The notes under the pieces: model-generated
What the model was told of the DNA's origin: nothing
What the model saw: only the letters and a program-made list of their open reading frames with translations
Database searches by the model: none
Program-made: the position numbers and the translations under genes
Shown here: piece by piece, positions 21,325 through 30,560 of the stretch
Layout: each line of letters starts with the position of its first letter
Numbering within the stretch: position 1 is the first letter of the stretch
Source of the DNA: an uncultured Planctomycetota bacterium
GTDB lineage: Bacteria; Planctomycetota; Planctomycetia; Isosphaerales; Isosphaeraceae
Reading direction: 5' to 3'
Assembly (NCBI GenBank): GCA_963845755.1
Contig: CAWJTV010000034.1
Span: 288,001-352,000, forward strand
DNA length: 64,000 nt

Positions 21325-22491
21325 GTGGCCAAGAAGAAGAAAGTTCGCGTCGCCCTGCGGAAGAACCGTCAGAAGCGGACGCGGTCCAACGACCTGACCC
21401 GCCAGTTCCGCCACGACGAGCCGGGCGCGGGTGCCATGCCGTTGACCGATCGCGTGCGGCCCCGTGGTGAGCTCTCGCGACACCGGACGATCATCGAGGA
21501 GGTCGGTGCGGCCGTCGATCGCGAGTCAGCGGGTCTATCTCCGGACGCCGCGGCCACCCGTGCCCTGGACCCGGAAGCGTGCCTGCAGGGCCGCGTCCTC
21601 TGCGTTCATGGACTGGTCCTGATGGTTCGGGCCGACGACGGTCGGACTTATCCCTGCCATGTCCGTGGGCTTCTGAGGAACCTGGCCATCGAGGGCCGGA
21701 ACATCGTCACGGTGGGAGATCGTGTCTGGTTCCGGCCGAACGGCTCTGCCGGCGCCGAGGGGATGATCGAACGAGTCGAGTCTCGCCACGGCGTGATCAC
21801 CCGCGGTTATCGCAACCGACAGCAGGTCATTGCCGCCAACGTCGACCAGGTGCTGATTGTCTCGGCCCTGGCTGAGCCGGGCTTAAAACTCGGCCTGGTC
21901 GACCGCTATCTCGTATCGGCCGAGATCGGCGGCGTCCGCCCGGTCGTCGTCCTCAATAAGGCCGACCTCGTCGAGTTGGCGACCTACCAGTGGGTGATCG
22001 GACTCTACTCCCAACTTGGCTATGAGACCGTGGTGACCTCCGTGGCCGACGGCCGCGGCATCGACCGCCTTCGGGCCCTGGTCTCGCAGGGTGTCACGGC
22101 TGTCACCGGCCAGAGCGGCGTAGGCAAGAGCTCCCTCTTGAACGTCATCCAGCCGGGCTTGAATCTGAGGGTCCGCGAGGTTTCCGATTGGACCTTCAAA
22201 GGGAAGCACACGACCACCACCGCCGAGCTCATCGAGCTTGAAGCCGGCGGCTTCGTCGTGGACACGCCCGGCCTTCGACAGTTCGAGCTCTGGGGAGTCG
22301 TCCCTGGCGAGCTGGAAGCCTATTTCGTCGAGTTCCGTCCCTACATCCCTCATTGCCGCTTCCCCGACTGCTCGCATACCCATGAAACCGGCTGCGCCGT
22401 CAAGGAGGCCCTCTACTGGGGCCAGATTCACCCTGGGCGATATGAGAGCTATCGTAAGCTCTACGATCAACAGCCGCTGCCCGGAGATTGA
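21325..22491 (+). CDS. rsgA: Ribosome small subunit-dependent GTPase A
   Basis: Circularly permuted GTPase motifs NKAD, GQSGVGKSS, GKHTTT, DTPG; zinc finger CRFPDCSHTHETGC. Confidence 0.96.
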   Translation: MAKKKKVRVALRKNRQKRTRSNDLTRQFRHDEPGAGAMPLTDRVRPRGELSRHRTIIEEVGAAVDRESAGLSPDAAATRALDPEACLQGRVLCVHGLVLMVRADDGRTYPCHVRGLLRNLAIEGRNIVTVGDRVWFRPNGSAGAEGMIERVESRHGVITRGYRNRQQVIAANVDQVLIVSALAEPGLKLGLVDRYLVSAEIGGVRPVVVLNKADLVELATYQWVIGLYSQLGYETVVTSVADGRGIDRLRALVSQGVTAVTGQSGVGKSSLLNVIQPGLNLRVREVSDWTFKGKHTTTTAELIELEAGGFVVDTPGLRQFELWGVVPGELEAYFVEFRPYIPHCRFPDCSHTHETGCAVKEALYWGQIHPGRYESYRKLYDQQPLPGD

Positions 22492-22895
22492 ACGAAGACC
22501 AGTGGGGCCGAACTCCCTCCAAGTCGGCCAGGCCCCTTCGCGTCAAGGCTCGTTCGGTCCAGAATCGCCCTCGTGAACGAAATCATTCGGATTGCGCGGC
22601 GCGAATCCGGGATCGAATGCGACTCCTAATCTGGGAGGGTCGAGCGTGTATCGACTTGGACGAGCACCTTCCTGTCCATCATCCATGTGCCTGCCCCTCC
22701 GAGGCTGGGGCTCGCCCCAGACCAATCCGACGATCTGACGGTCATCCTACTCTCAAGTCGGCGTCTTCCGCGGTATCGGCGCGGCGACCGGGGAGACGAC
22801 GTCGCCGAGGGGATGGGATTCGCCCCGTCCCGCACGGGAAGTGAACTCTGGCTACGCGTTCCTGATACAACTCTGAAGTTATGGAGCTTCTCTAA

Positions 22896-24038
22896 ATGCC
22901 GTATGATCATCCTTCGACGATCCGATCATCACCGTGCCGGTCCGACGGTGTTCTGGAGCAGGTCGGGATCTGCGGAACGCGGGTATCGCGGGTGGCCAGA
23001 AAGTACCTGGTCGCCGCGGTCCTCATTCCGGCCGCGGCGGTCGCCTGGTGTGATCTCTCAGGTCCTCCGGCGCCGGCGCCCGGCGAGCTGGCGCTGGCTG
23101 GCCACACCGGCCTTGTGGAAGCGGTGACCTTCTCGCCCGACGGGGAAATCCTTGCTTCCTGCGGCTGGGACTATACGGTCCGGCTCTGGCAACTCGCCCA
23201 CGGTGATGGCGGGGAGGCAGGCGGCCCTGTGGTGCTGTCCCATGAGTCGACGCGGTTCGCAACGGCCTTCTCACCCGATGGTTCGCTCCTGGTCTCGGCG
23301 GGGGACCAATCGTTGACGGTCTGGTCCTGCCGTCCGGATTATCGACGGAGCGTGGAACGCGTCGGTGAGTCCTACCACGCTCTGTCCTTCTCACCAGACG
23401 GGCAGACCTTGGCCCTGGGCGCGGAGGATGGCAGGATCCACCTCTGGGAGATGCCCTCGGCACGAGAGCGGATGGTCTTGCTCGGACAAACCGACGCGGT
23501 TCGGAGTGTGGGCTTCTCACCCGACGGGAAGCTGCTGGTCTCATTGAGCCAGACAGGCCGCGTGGTTCTCTGGGACGTGATCCGGGGCACCGAATCGCGC
23601 GTCCTCGCCGCGGCATGCCCCACCAAGGTTCGATCGGTAGCGTTCTCGCCGGACGGCCAGAGGTTGGCCCTCGGCAAGCTCAACTCGACGGCCCAGGATA
23701 TCCTCCTGGTCGACGTGCACACCGGCGAGATCAAGACTCGCCTGACGGGTCATCATCTCGGCATCAACGCCCTGGCTTTCTCGCCGGATGGCCGCACGCT
23801 GGCGTCCGCCGGGGTCGAGCGCTGCATCAAGCTGTGGGATCTCGGGACCGCCCAGGAGGTGGCCACTCTGAAGGATAACGTCGGCTGTGTGAAGTCAATC
23901 GCGTTCTCGCCCGACGGGAGTCGGATGGCCTTTTCCGGCAACGACGAATCAATCCGGCTTCGTGCCATGACGCCTAAAGAGCCGCAGGTCGCGCGCCTCC
24001 CCGCTGTCCAGGACCGGGAAACTCAAGTGGGGATCTGA
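22896..24038 (+). CDS. WD40-repeat protein
   Basis: About seven FSPDG-type repeats with GH...WD/WQ ends; start uncertain. Confidence 0.85.
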   Translation: MPYDHPSTIRSSPCRSDGVLEQVGICGTRVSRVARKYLVAAVLIPAAAVAWCDLSGPPAPAPGELALAGHTGLVEAVTFSPDGEILASCGWDYTVRLWQLAHGDGGEAGGPVVLSHESTRFATAFSPDGSLLVSAGDQSLTVWSCRPDYRRSVERVGESYHALSFSPDGQTLALGAEDGRIHLWEMPSARERMVLLGQTDAVRSVGFSPDGKLLVSLSQTGRVVLWDVIRGTESRVLAAACPTKVRSVAFSPDGQRLALGKLNSTAQDILLVDVHTGEIKTRLTGHHLGINALAFSPDGRTLASAGVERCIKLWDLGTAQEVATLKDNVGCVKSIAFSPDGSRMAFSGNDESIRLRAMTPKEPQVARLPAVQDRETQVGI

Positions 24039-24175
24039 GGTTCGATCCGGACGATCTGGTTGCCGGTCGGGATACGCTTCGGAGATACTCGACAGGACGG
24101 CGCCGATCGTGAACCCTGGGATAGCGGTCCCCGAGTGAGTCTCGCGGTCGCCGTCGCCGACGGAGATCGAGCCCA

Positions 24176-24835
24176 ATGCGCCTCCTGGTCGTCAGTGACT
24201 TGCACGGTGATCTGGACTGCGTACGGCGTGCCTGCGATCGCGTGGGACCCGACGGGATTCTCTCGTGCGGCGATTGGGGCGACCCCGAGCAAGTCGATGC
24301 GTCCACGTTTGCGGCCTTGCTCGACGCAGCACCCGTTTACACGACGTTCGGAAACCACGATCCCATGGACCTGCTGGCCCGGTCGCGGAACCGCGATGGT
24401 ACGCCGGTCCTGCTGGGACAGGGCGTGTCGCGCGCGATCTCGGGTCTCCGGCTGGCGGCCATCGGTGGGATCTGGGCCAAGTCGCATGCGAAGCCGCACT
24501 ACGTCACCGATGCCGACGTGGCCGAGATGGCGGACCGAATCTCACAAACCGGACCGATCGATATCCTGATCACCCACGGTTGCCCGATTGGGCTGGCCGA
24601 CCTCACGCCCTCGGGGCGGCATGGCGGCCAGCGCTGCTTCCTCGAAGCGAACAAGACCATCATGCCCCGTCTTCATCTGTGCGGACACCTGCACCTGGCC
24701 CAGGAACGGACTCTCAAGAACGGACAACACGTTATCAACGTCGGCGCCACGCCCGAGGGGTCGATAGCCATAGTGGAATTCGACCAGGAACAAGGAAGTT
24801 TGCTGGCGCGGCTGGAGCAAGTCCCCATATCGTGA
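24176..24835 (+). CDS. Calcineurin-like metallophosphoesterase
   Basis: DLHG, GDWG, GNHD, THG, GHLH motifs. Confidence 0.9.
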   Translation: MRLLVVSDLHGDLDCVRRACDRVGPDGILSCGDWGDPEQVDASTFAALLDAAPVYTTFGNHDPMDLLARSRNRDGTPVLLGQGVSRAISGLRLAAIGGIWAKSHAKPHYVTDADVAEMADRISQTGPIDILITHGCPIGLADLTPSGRHGGQRCFLEANKTIMPRLHLCGHLHLAQERTLKNGQHVINVGATPEGSIAIVEFDQEQGSLLARLEQVPIS

Positions 24836-24851
24836 TACGCGATGATCGAAC

Positions 24852-25502
24852 TCACTTCGGCAATTCGGGCTTCTGCGTCAGGATTGTGGTGACATCCACG
24901 GAAATGCGAGGCAAGAGTTTCGACTTGGCCCGCGTCCCGTTGAGGAAGCGGCCGTGTACGGTGTAGGTCTTCTGCCTCGACTTGAGCACCAGCACAGTGA
25001 TCATTTCTTTCTCGGGGTCGGCGATCCAGTATTCGGGGATGCCGGCCCGGGCGTACTCGTCCCGTTTCTTCTCGAGGTCATGTGCGCGATTGTCTTCGCC
25101 GACGACCTCGATGACGAGATCGACTTTCTTGCAGTATTGCTTCCCGATTCCCGACATGTGCTCAGCCTTGATGAACAAGATGTCCGGCTCGCGGTACTTA
25201 CGGCGTCTTATTTGCACTTTGTAACCCGAGAGGATGACAATCCCCAACTTCCCAGCCTTGACGAAAGTGTCTAGCTCCCTGAAAAGGAATTGCAAGATGA
25301 GTTGGTGATCGATCGTCGGCATCGGCACGAATTCCAGGTAGCCATCGGAAAACTCGATCTTATGATTCGTCGGCAGCGCGAAGAATTCCTCCTCGGACCA
25401 CTGGCCCTGCGGAGGGAACAATCGTGCGATCTCCCACGTCGGCTGCGGGTCCGGCAATTCTCGGGTCGGTTTCCGCCTGGACCTCTTCGTAACGGTTGCC
25501 AT
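24852..25502 (-). CDS. Uma2-family (PD-(D/E)XK-like) putative endonuclease
   Basis: IEFSDG, REPDILF, DLVIEVVG, KRDEYARAGIPEYWIADP. Confidence 0.9.
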   Translation of the reverse strand: MATVTKRSRRKPTRELPDPQPTWEIARLFPPQGQWSEEEFFALPTNHKIEFSDGYLEFVPMPTIDHQLILQFLFRELDTFVKAGKLGIVILSGYKVQIRRRKYREPDILFIKAEHMSGIGKQYCKKVDLVIEVVGEDNRAHDLEKKRDEYARAGIPEYWIADPEKEMITVLVLKSRQKTYTVHGRFLNGTRAKSKLLPRISVDVTTILTQKPELPK

Positions 25503-25654
25503 GGTCAAGGTCTCCGGGAGAAAGCCGCTATTCTGTCCACGGGAGTGGTCCCCAGCCGGGTCCTTCAACGAGCCTCATGTGTGGGTTGCCCTGATCGACG
25601 CGTCTCGAGGACTGCGAGGTCGGCGCCGTCATGGCGCCGACCTCGTGGTCGATC

Positions 25655-27127
25655 TTAGCCGTGGCCATAACCGCGGTCGAACGCTTCGAGATCCCGCATG
25701 TAGGCCCCGTAAGTGGTGCGGAACGTGTCATAGTCGATGGTCCAGCGCGGGGCGTCCTCGGTGTGCCGGTGACAGTGTTCCTCGATCAACCGGTGCAGGA
25801 ACTTGAAGAGGTGACGCGGCGTGCGGAGGTTTGCCAGCGATTCCTTGAGGTAATCATCGCTGATGGCGTCGTCGATAAACTTGCGGAGCCGGGGTGCCTC
25901 ACCGTTGTTCGCCGGCTCGGGGTGGCAGGCACGGAGTCGGTCGGTAGCCAGGTCATAGAGCGACGGCCCGGTCCAGCGCAGGGGCTTGATCATGTTGAGT
26001 TTGTCGGGGCGAGCGCGGTCGTAGAACTCCTTGTCTTCCTTCTCGAGATAATAGGCTAGCTCGATGGGTAGCAGGAGTTTCACGCCGATGCCCGGATGAC
26101 GAAGGAACTTATGGTCCAGGAGCGGCCAGATCAAAGCGCGCATCTTGCGGGGATCTCCCTCGACTTGTTGCGGCTCATCGACCCGATCGATCAGGACGAC
26201 GATGCCCGCGTAGCCCAGCGTGTGCAGGACGCCCTGGAACTTGCGCAGGAGTTCATAGCGCTCCTCGGCGCCCAGCCGTGAGGCATTGGGCAAGGGCTGG
26301 CCGCCCAGTTCGGAGGGCTTGAACCAGAGCAACTCCCAGCGCAGCGCCGACGGGTCTCGGTTGAGCACGCGCAGGCCTTTGCGGATGTCGCGTGCGAACC
26401 ACTCCGCGCGGGCCAGCCGCCAGGTCCAGTAGAGCCAGCTCGCCAGGATCGGGGCCAGCAGCCACGGGAGAAAACTCCACTTCATCAGCCACGGAGCGAT
26501 CGCGATCAGCCCGATCACCAGGAGCGTCGTGCCGAATCCGATTTGCAGATCGCGGCGGGTCCAGAGAGGACGGAATCCTGACCGACGTCGCAGACGGCTC
26601 CATCGCCGCGCGATCGGCTCGCCCGTCGAGGCATCGTAGAGGGCCGCGAGCAGGAGAAGATCCCGGCGCTGATCCAGGCTCAGGACCGAAAGGTCCACTT
26701 TTTCGCTAGTCAGCAAGTCAACCAGATGCGTCACCCCCAGCGATAACAGGGCATCCATGTGATCCGACAGCCGCCACTTCGCCAGGACCTGATCCATGTC
26801 CGACGCCCGCATCGCGGCACGACAGTTGTCCAGATAGGGGTTGAAATCGTCGTAGGAGATGACGAAGACCCGCTCCCCCTGGTTGTTCTGATTGTAGGTT
26901 TCCATCTCGGAGTTGGCCTGGAGCCGAAGCGCCGTCTTGCCGCTCCCCTTCTCGCCGAATACCAGCGCCGTGGACGGGTCGGCCGGGCTGCCGAAGAACT
27001 TGTTCCACGCAGGGTGGTGGATCGTCGCCAGGCACCGTCGCTTGAACACGGTGTCCGTCTGTGCATCCTCTTCACTGAACGGGTTGCCGACGATCCCATG
27101 ATGTCGAAAGAATTGTTCCAACTTCAT
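25655..27127 (-). CDS. P-loop NTPase with two internal transmembrane helices
   Basis: Walker A GEKGSGKT; hydrophobic IGFGTTLLVIGLIAIAPW and FLPWLLAPILASWLYW; Walker-B-like IVVLIDRVDE. Confidence 0.8.
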   Translation of the reverse strand: MKLEQFFRHHGIVGNPFSEEDAQTDTVFKRRCLATIHHPAWNKFFGSPADPSTALVFGEKGSGKTALRLQANSEMETYNQNNQGERVFVISYDDFNPYLDNCRAAMRASDMDQVLAKWRLSDHMDALLSLGVTHLVDLLTSEKVDLSVLSLDQRRDLLLLAALYDASTGEPIARRWSRLRRRSGFRPLWTRRDLQIGFGTTLLVIGLIAIAPWLMKWSFLPWLLAPILASWLYWTWRLARAEWFARDIRKGLRVLNRDPSALRWELLWFKPSELGGQPLPNASRLGAEERYELLRKFQGVLHTLGYAGIVVLIDRVDEPQQVEGDPRKMRALIWPLLDHKFLRHPGIGVKLLLPIELAYYLEKEDKEFYDRARPDKLNMIKPLRWTGPSLYDLATDRLRACHPEPANNGEAPRLRKFIDDAISDDYLKESLANLRTPRHLFKFLHRLIEEHCHRHTEDAPRWTIDYDTFRTTYGAYMRDLEAFDRGYGHG

Positions 27128-27346
27128 CCTTGCCTGGGCCTTTCCTGTATCAGTTCGACCGGAGATGATCGAGTACGGTGACGCGACCTCCCCGGTCCGT
27201 GGTTGACCGCTACAACCGACAACATTGTAGCTTTTCGTCTTACCTGATTCGTTCCTGAGCCGCAATCTGAGGCGGTTGACCGTCCCGAGCCTCCCACCAT
27301 ACGATGCGTGAGGATCTCACCCGAACCATCGAGAGGAATCGGCCCG

Positions 27347-28262
27347 ATGACACGACCTGGTCGAATGTTGCGTCGGAAAAACCCCTGGGCGCGGGCTTGG
27401 GTGATGGCGCTGATGGCGCTATGGTCCTTCGGCTGTGGAAGCTCGCGGGTCGATCTTCCGGCAGGGGGACGTCAACCAGACCTCGGACCGGCCACCAGGT
27501 CCGGCTCGGGGACTCCCTTACGAATTGCGGCGGCGAGCGACTTGCAGATGGCTCTCCCCAAGTTATTGGATCGTTTCGAAGCTCTTACCGGCATGGCGTC
27601 AACGCCGGTGTTCCTCGCATCCGGTCAACTGGCCGAGCAGATCAAGCAAGGTGCGCCCTTCGACGTATTCATGGCGGCCAACGAGTCGTTCGTGCGCGAC
27701 CTGGCCGATCGCGGATTGATCCGTGGAGATTCGGTCCATCCGTATGCACGCGGATCCCTGGTCCTGGCGGTGTATCACGAACTGGGCGATACGGTCCGCT
27801 CGCTGTCCGACCTGAAGAAGCCCGAGGTCAAGAAGATCGCACTGGCCAACCCGGCCACTGCGCCGTATGGCAAGGCGGGGAGGCAGGCACTGGAGCGGGC
27901 CGGACTCTGGCAGCAGCTACAGCCCAAGATCGTCCAGGCCGAGTCGGTCCGCCAGGCCCTGCTCTATGCTCAGAAGGGTGATGCGGAGGCCGCATTGGTC
28001 GGCCGCGGCCATTGCAACGGTCCCCGAGATCCGCCCTGTTGACGTCGATGCCGACCTCTATGATCCCATCGTGCAGGCGCTGGGGATCGTGACGGACTCG
28101 TCGCGGACGACCGACGCCGAGGCATTTGCGACGTTCGTCTTGGGTGATGACGGGCAGTCGATCTTGAAGCAATTTGGATTCAAGCCGGCTGAGGCAAGGA
28201 TCGCGGGCGCCTCCGGAAAGGCTGCAAGCGTTCTTCCGGAGTACGCGGACAAGAAACCATGA
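27347..28262 (+). CDS. modA: Molybdate ABC transporter substrate-binding protein (frameshift near 28010)
   Basis: AAASDL, ASGQLAEQIKQGAPFDVFMAAN, IALANPATAPYG; continues in another frame as YDPIVQ...QFGF. Confidence 0.9.
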
Positions 28263-28925
28263 GCGACCTCGAACCCTTCTGGCGCTCGCTGCATGTCGCC
28301 ACGCTAGCGACGTTGCTGATCGTCGCAGTGGGACTCCCGGCGTCGTTGCTTCTGGCGCGGGCGATTCCCCGGCAAGTCCCTGGTGGCCGGCATCCTGGTC
28401 TTACCACTGGTCCTGCCACCGACCGTCCTGGGCTTTTATTTGCTCCAGGTCCTGGGTCGTCGCGCCTGGCTAGGACACTGGCTCGAGCAGTCGCTGGGAA
28501 TCACGATCGTCTTCCACTGGTCGGGGGCCGTCGTGGCTTCGGCGGTGGCGGCGTTTCCGCTATTCTTGCTGCCGGCGCGCGGAGCGTTTGAATCGGTTGA
28601 CCCGACGCTGGAGGACGTGGCCCGGTTGCTGGGGCGGAGCGAAGCGTCGGTGTTCCTCGCGGTGACGTTGCCCCTGGCCTGGCGCGGGCTGGCTGCGGGA
28701 ATCGTGCTGGCCTTTGCCCGGGCGCTGGGCGACTTCGGCGCGACCCTGATGGTCGCGGGTAACATCCCCGGCCTGACGCAGACCGCGGCACTGGCAATCT
28801 ATGACGCGGTCCAGATCAACGATATGGCAACAGCCGGCCGGCTCACGCTCTTGATCTCGCTAATCGCGATCGTGGCCTTGGTGGTCGTCCAGCGTAGTCT
28901 GCCGGCGCGAAGGATGGTTCGGTGA
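28259..28925 (+). CDS. modB: Molybdate ABC transporter permease (frameshift near 28360)
   Basis: [39 protein letters not shown] overlap with modA. Confidence 0.92.
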
Positions 28926-30031
28926 GTGCTCCGCCCGGCGAGGTCCTGGATGTCCACCTGATCCACCGGGTTCATCCTGCGCTCTTGCTCGAGGTGTCGC
29001 TCCGGCTCGGTCGCGAGATTGGCGTCGTATTCGGTCCGTCGGGGGCCGGCAAGACCACTTTACTCCGCCTGATCGCGGGACTGATCACGCCCCAGCAGGG
29101 TCATGTGCGCCTCGAGAGCGAGACACTTTTCGATGCGGCAAGCCGCGTCAATCAACCGCTACGACGGCGCCGGACAGGCATGATCTTCCAGGACGATTGC
29201 TTGTTCCCCCACCTGACCGTTGCCGCGAACATCCGATTCGGGCTCAAGGGCTGGACGGGTGACCTGGCCGAGGCCCGGCAGGCGGAGGTCGCCACACTCT
29301 GTGGGGTGGAGCGGCTGATGGATCGCGTCCCGTCGACGCTCTCCGGCGGCGAGCGACAGCGCGTGGGCCTGGCGCGGGCGCTGGCGCCGCGGCCCCGGCT
29401 GTTGCTCTGCGACGAGCCCGTCTCGGCGCTCGATCTGTCCAATCGCCACGCGATCCTCGATCGCTTGGCGCCGTCCAGCGCGTCGAGGCGATCCCCGTAC
29501 TCTACGTGACCCACAGCGCGTCCGAGGCCATCGCGCCTGGGATCCCGACTGTTCCTGCTGGAGCAAGGGCGGATCGTCCTCGAAGGTCCTCCCCTGGATG
29601 TCCTGAGCCAGGCGAGACGACCCGTGGACGGGTCGATCTCGTTTGAGGGTGTTCAAAACGTCTTCCCGGCTCGAATCGAGAGTCATCTCCCCGAGCACAG
29701 AGCCAGCCGGCTCCGGATCGTCGACGGGCCGGAACTCTTGGTCGGAACCCTCAACTGGCCGGCCGGCAGCCGGGTGGTCGTCGAGATCCGGGCCGACGAC
29801 ATCTTGCTCGCCCGACACGCCATCGACGGCCTCTCCGCGCGCAACCAGATCCCCGGAACGGTCGAACGGATCGTCCCCCACGGACCGGAAGTCGAAGCCG
29901 TCGTCCGCACGGGCGAGCTCCGCTGGGTCGTCAGCCTCGTCGCCTCGGCCGTCGAACAGCTCGACCTCCTGCCAGGCTCCGATGTCCACCTGATCGTCAA
30001 GGCGCGGAGCTGCCACGTCCGGGATGACTGA
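28922..30031 (+). CDS. modC: Molybdate ABC transporter ATPase with TOBE domain (compensating frameshifts near 29468 and 29535)
   Basis: [29 protein letters not shown] in the shifted frame; C-terminal [10 protein letters not shown]...VKA. Confidence 0.9.
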
Positions 30032-30079
30032 CCCCGAACTCCCATCGCGAGCGACACTCCGAAGCCTTTCATTTCCCGC

Positions 30080-30133
30080 TTGACAATCGTCCGATCTTGA
30101 GTACGATAAAACCAAATCTAAAAAACCAAATCT
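30080..30133 (+). promoter_or_regulatory. Sigma70-like promoter with adjacent direct repeat (candidate operator)
   Basis: TTGACA (30080) - 16 bp - TACGAT (30102), followed by AAAACCAAATCT at 30108 and 30122, upstream of the BlaI-family gene. Confidence 0.6.
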
Positions 30134-30170
30134 CGATTTCGGGTTCGATTTCTGATGAAGGAGGGTCCTC

Positions 30171-30560
30171 ATGGCGCGACCGCCGGCCAGGGAGCTGACG
30201 GAGCGTGAGCTCGAAGTGATGCACGTCCTGTGGCATCGCGGGGAGTCGACGGTAGCCGAGGTGCGCGATGCGATGGCGGCCGAGGGGCTGGATCGCGCGT
30301 ATACGACGATCGCGACGCTCGTGCGAATCCTCACGGACAAGGGGTTCCTGATCCAGACCAACGAGGAGCGACCGTTCTCGTACCGGGCGGCGCGGTCGTA
30401 CGAAGACGTTTCGAGGAAGCTGCTGGGCGAGCTGATCGATCGGGTCTTCCGCGGCTCGCGCGAGCTGTTGCTGGTTCGGCTGATGGAACAGAAGTCGCTG
30501 ACGGCGAAGGAGCGGACCTTGCTGGAAGAGATCCTGCGCCAACGGGAGAAACGACGATGA
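30171..30560 (+). CDS. BlaI/MecI/CopY-family transcriptional repressor
   Basis: LTERELEVMHVLW, AYTTIATLVRILTDKG, LIDRVFRGS. Confidence 0.94.
   Translation: MARPPARELTERELEVMHVLWHRGESTVAEVRDAMAAEGLDRAYTTIATLVRILTDKGFLIQTNEERPFSYRAARSYEDVSRKLLGELIDRVFRGSRELLLVRLMEQKSLTAKERTLLEEILRQREKRR

Noticed and set aside
27347..30031. Programmed frameshifting or phase variation in modABC
   Set aside because: No slippery or repeat tracts at the breaks, and similar indels occur throughout the window
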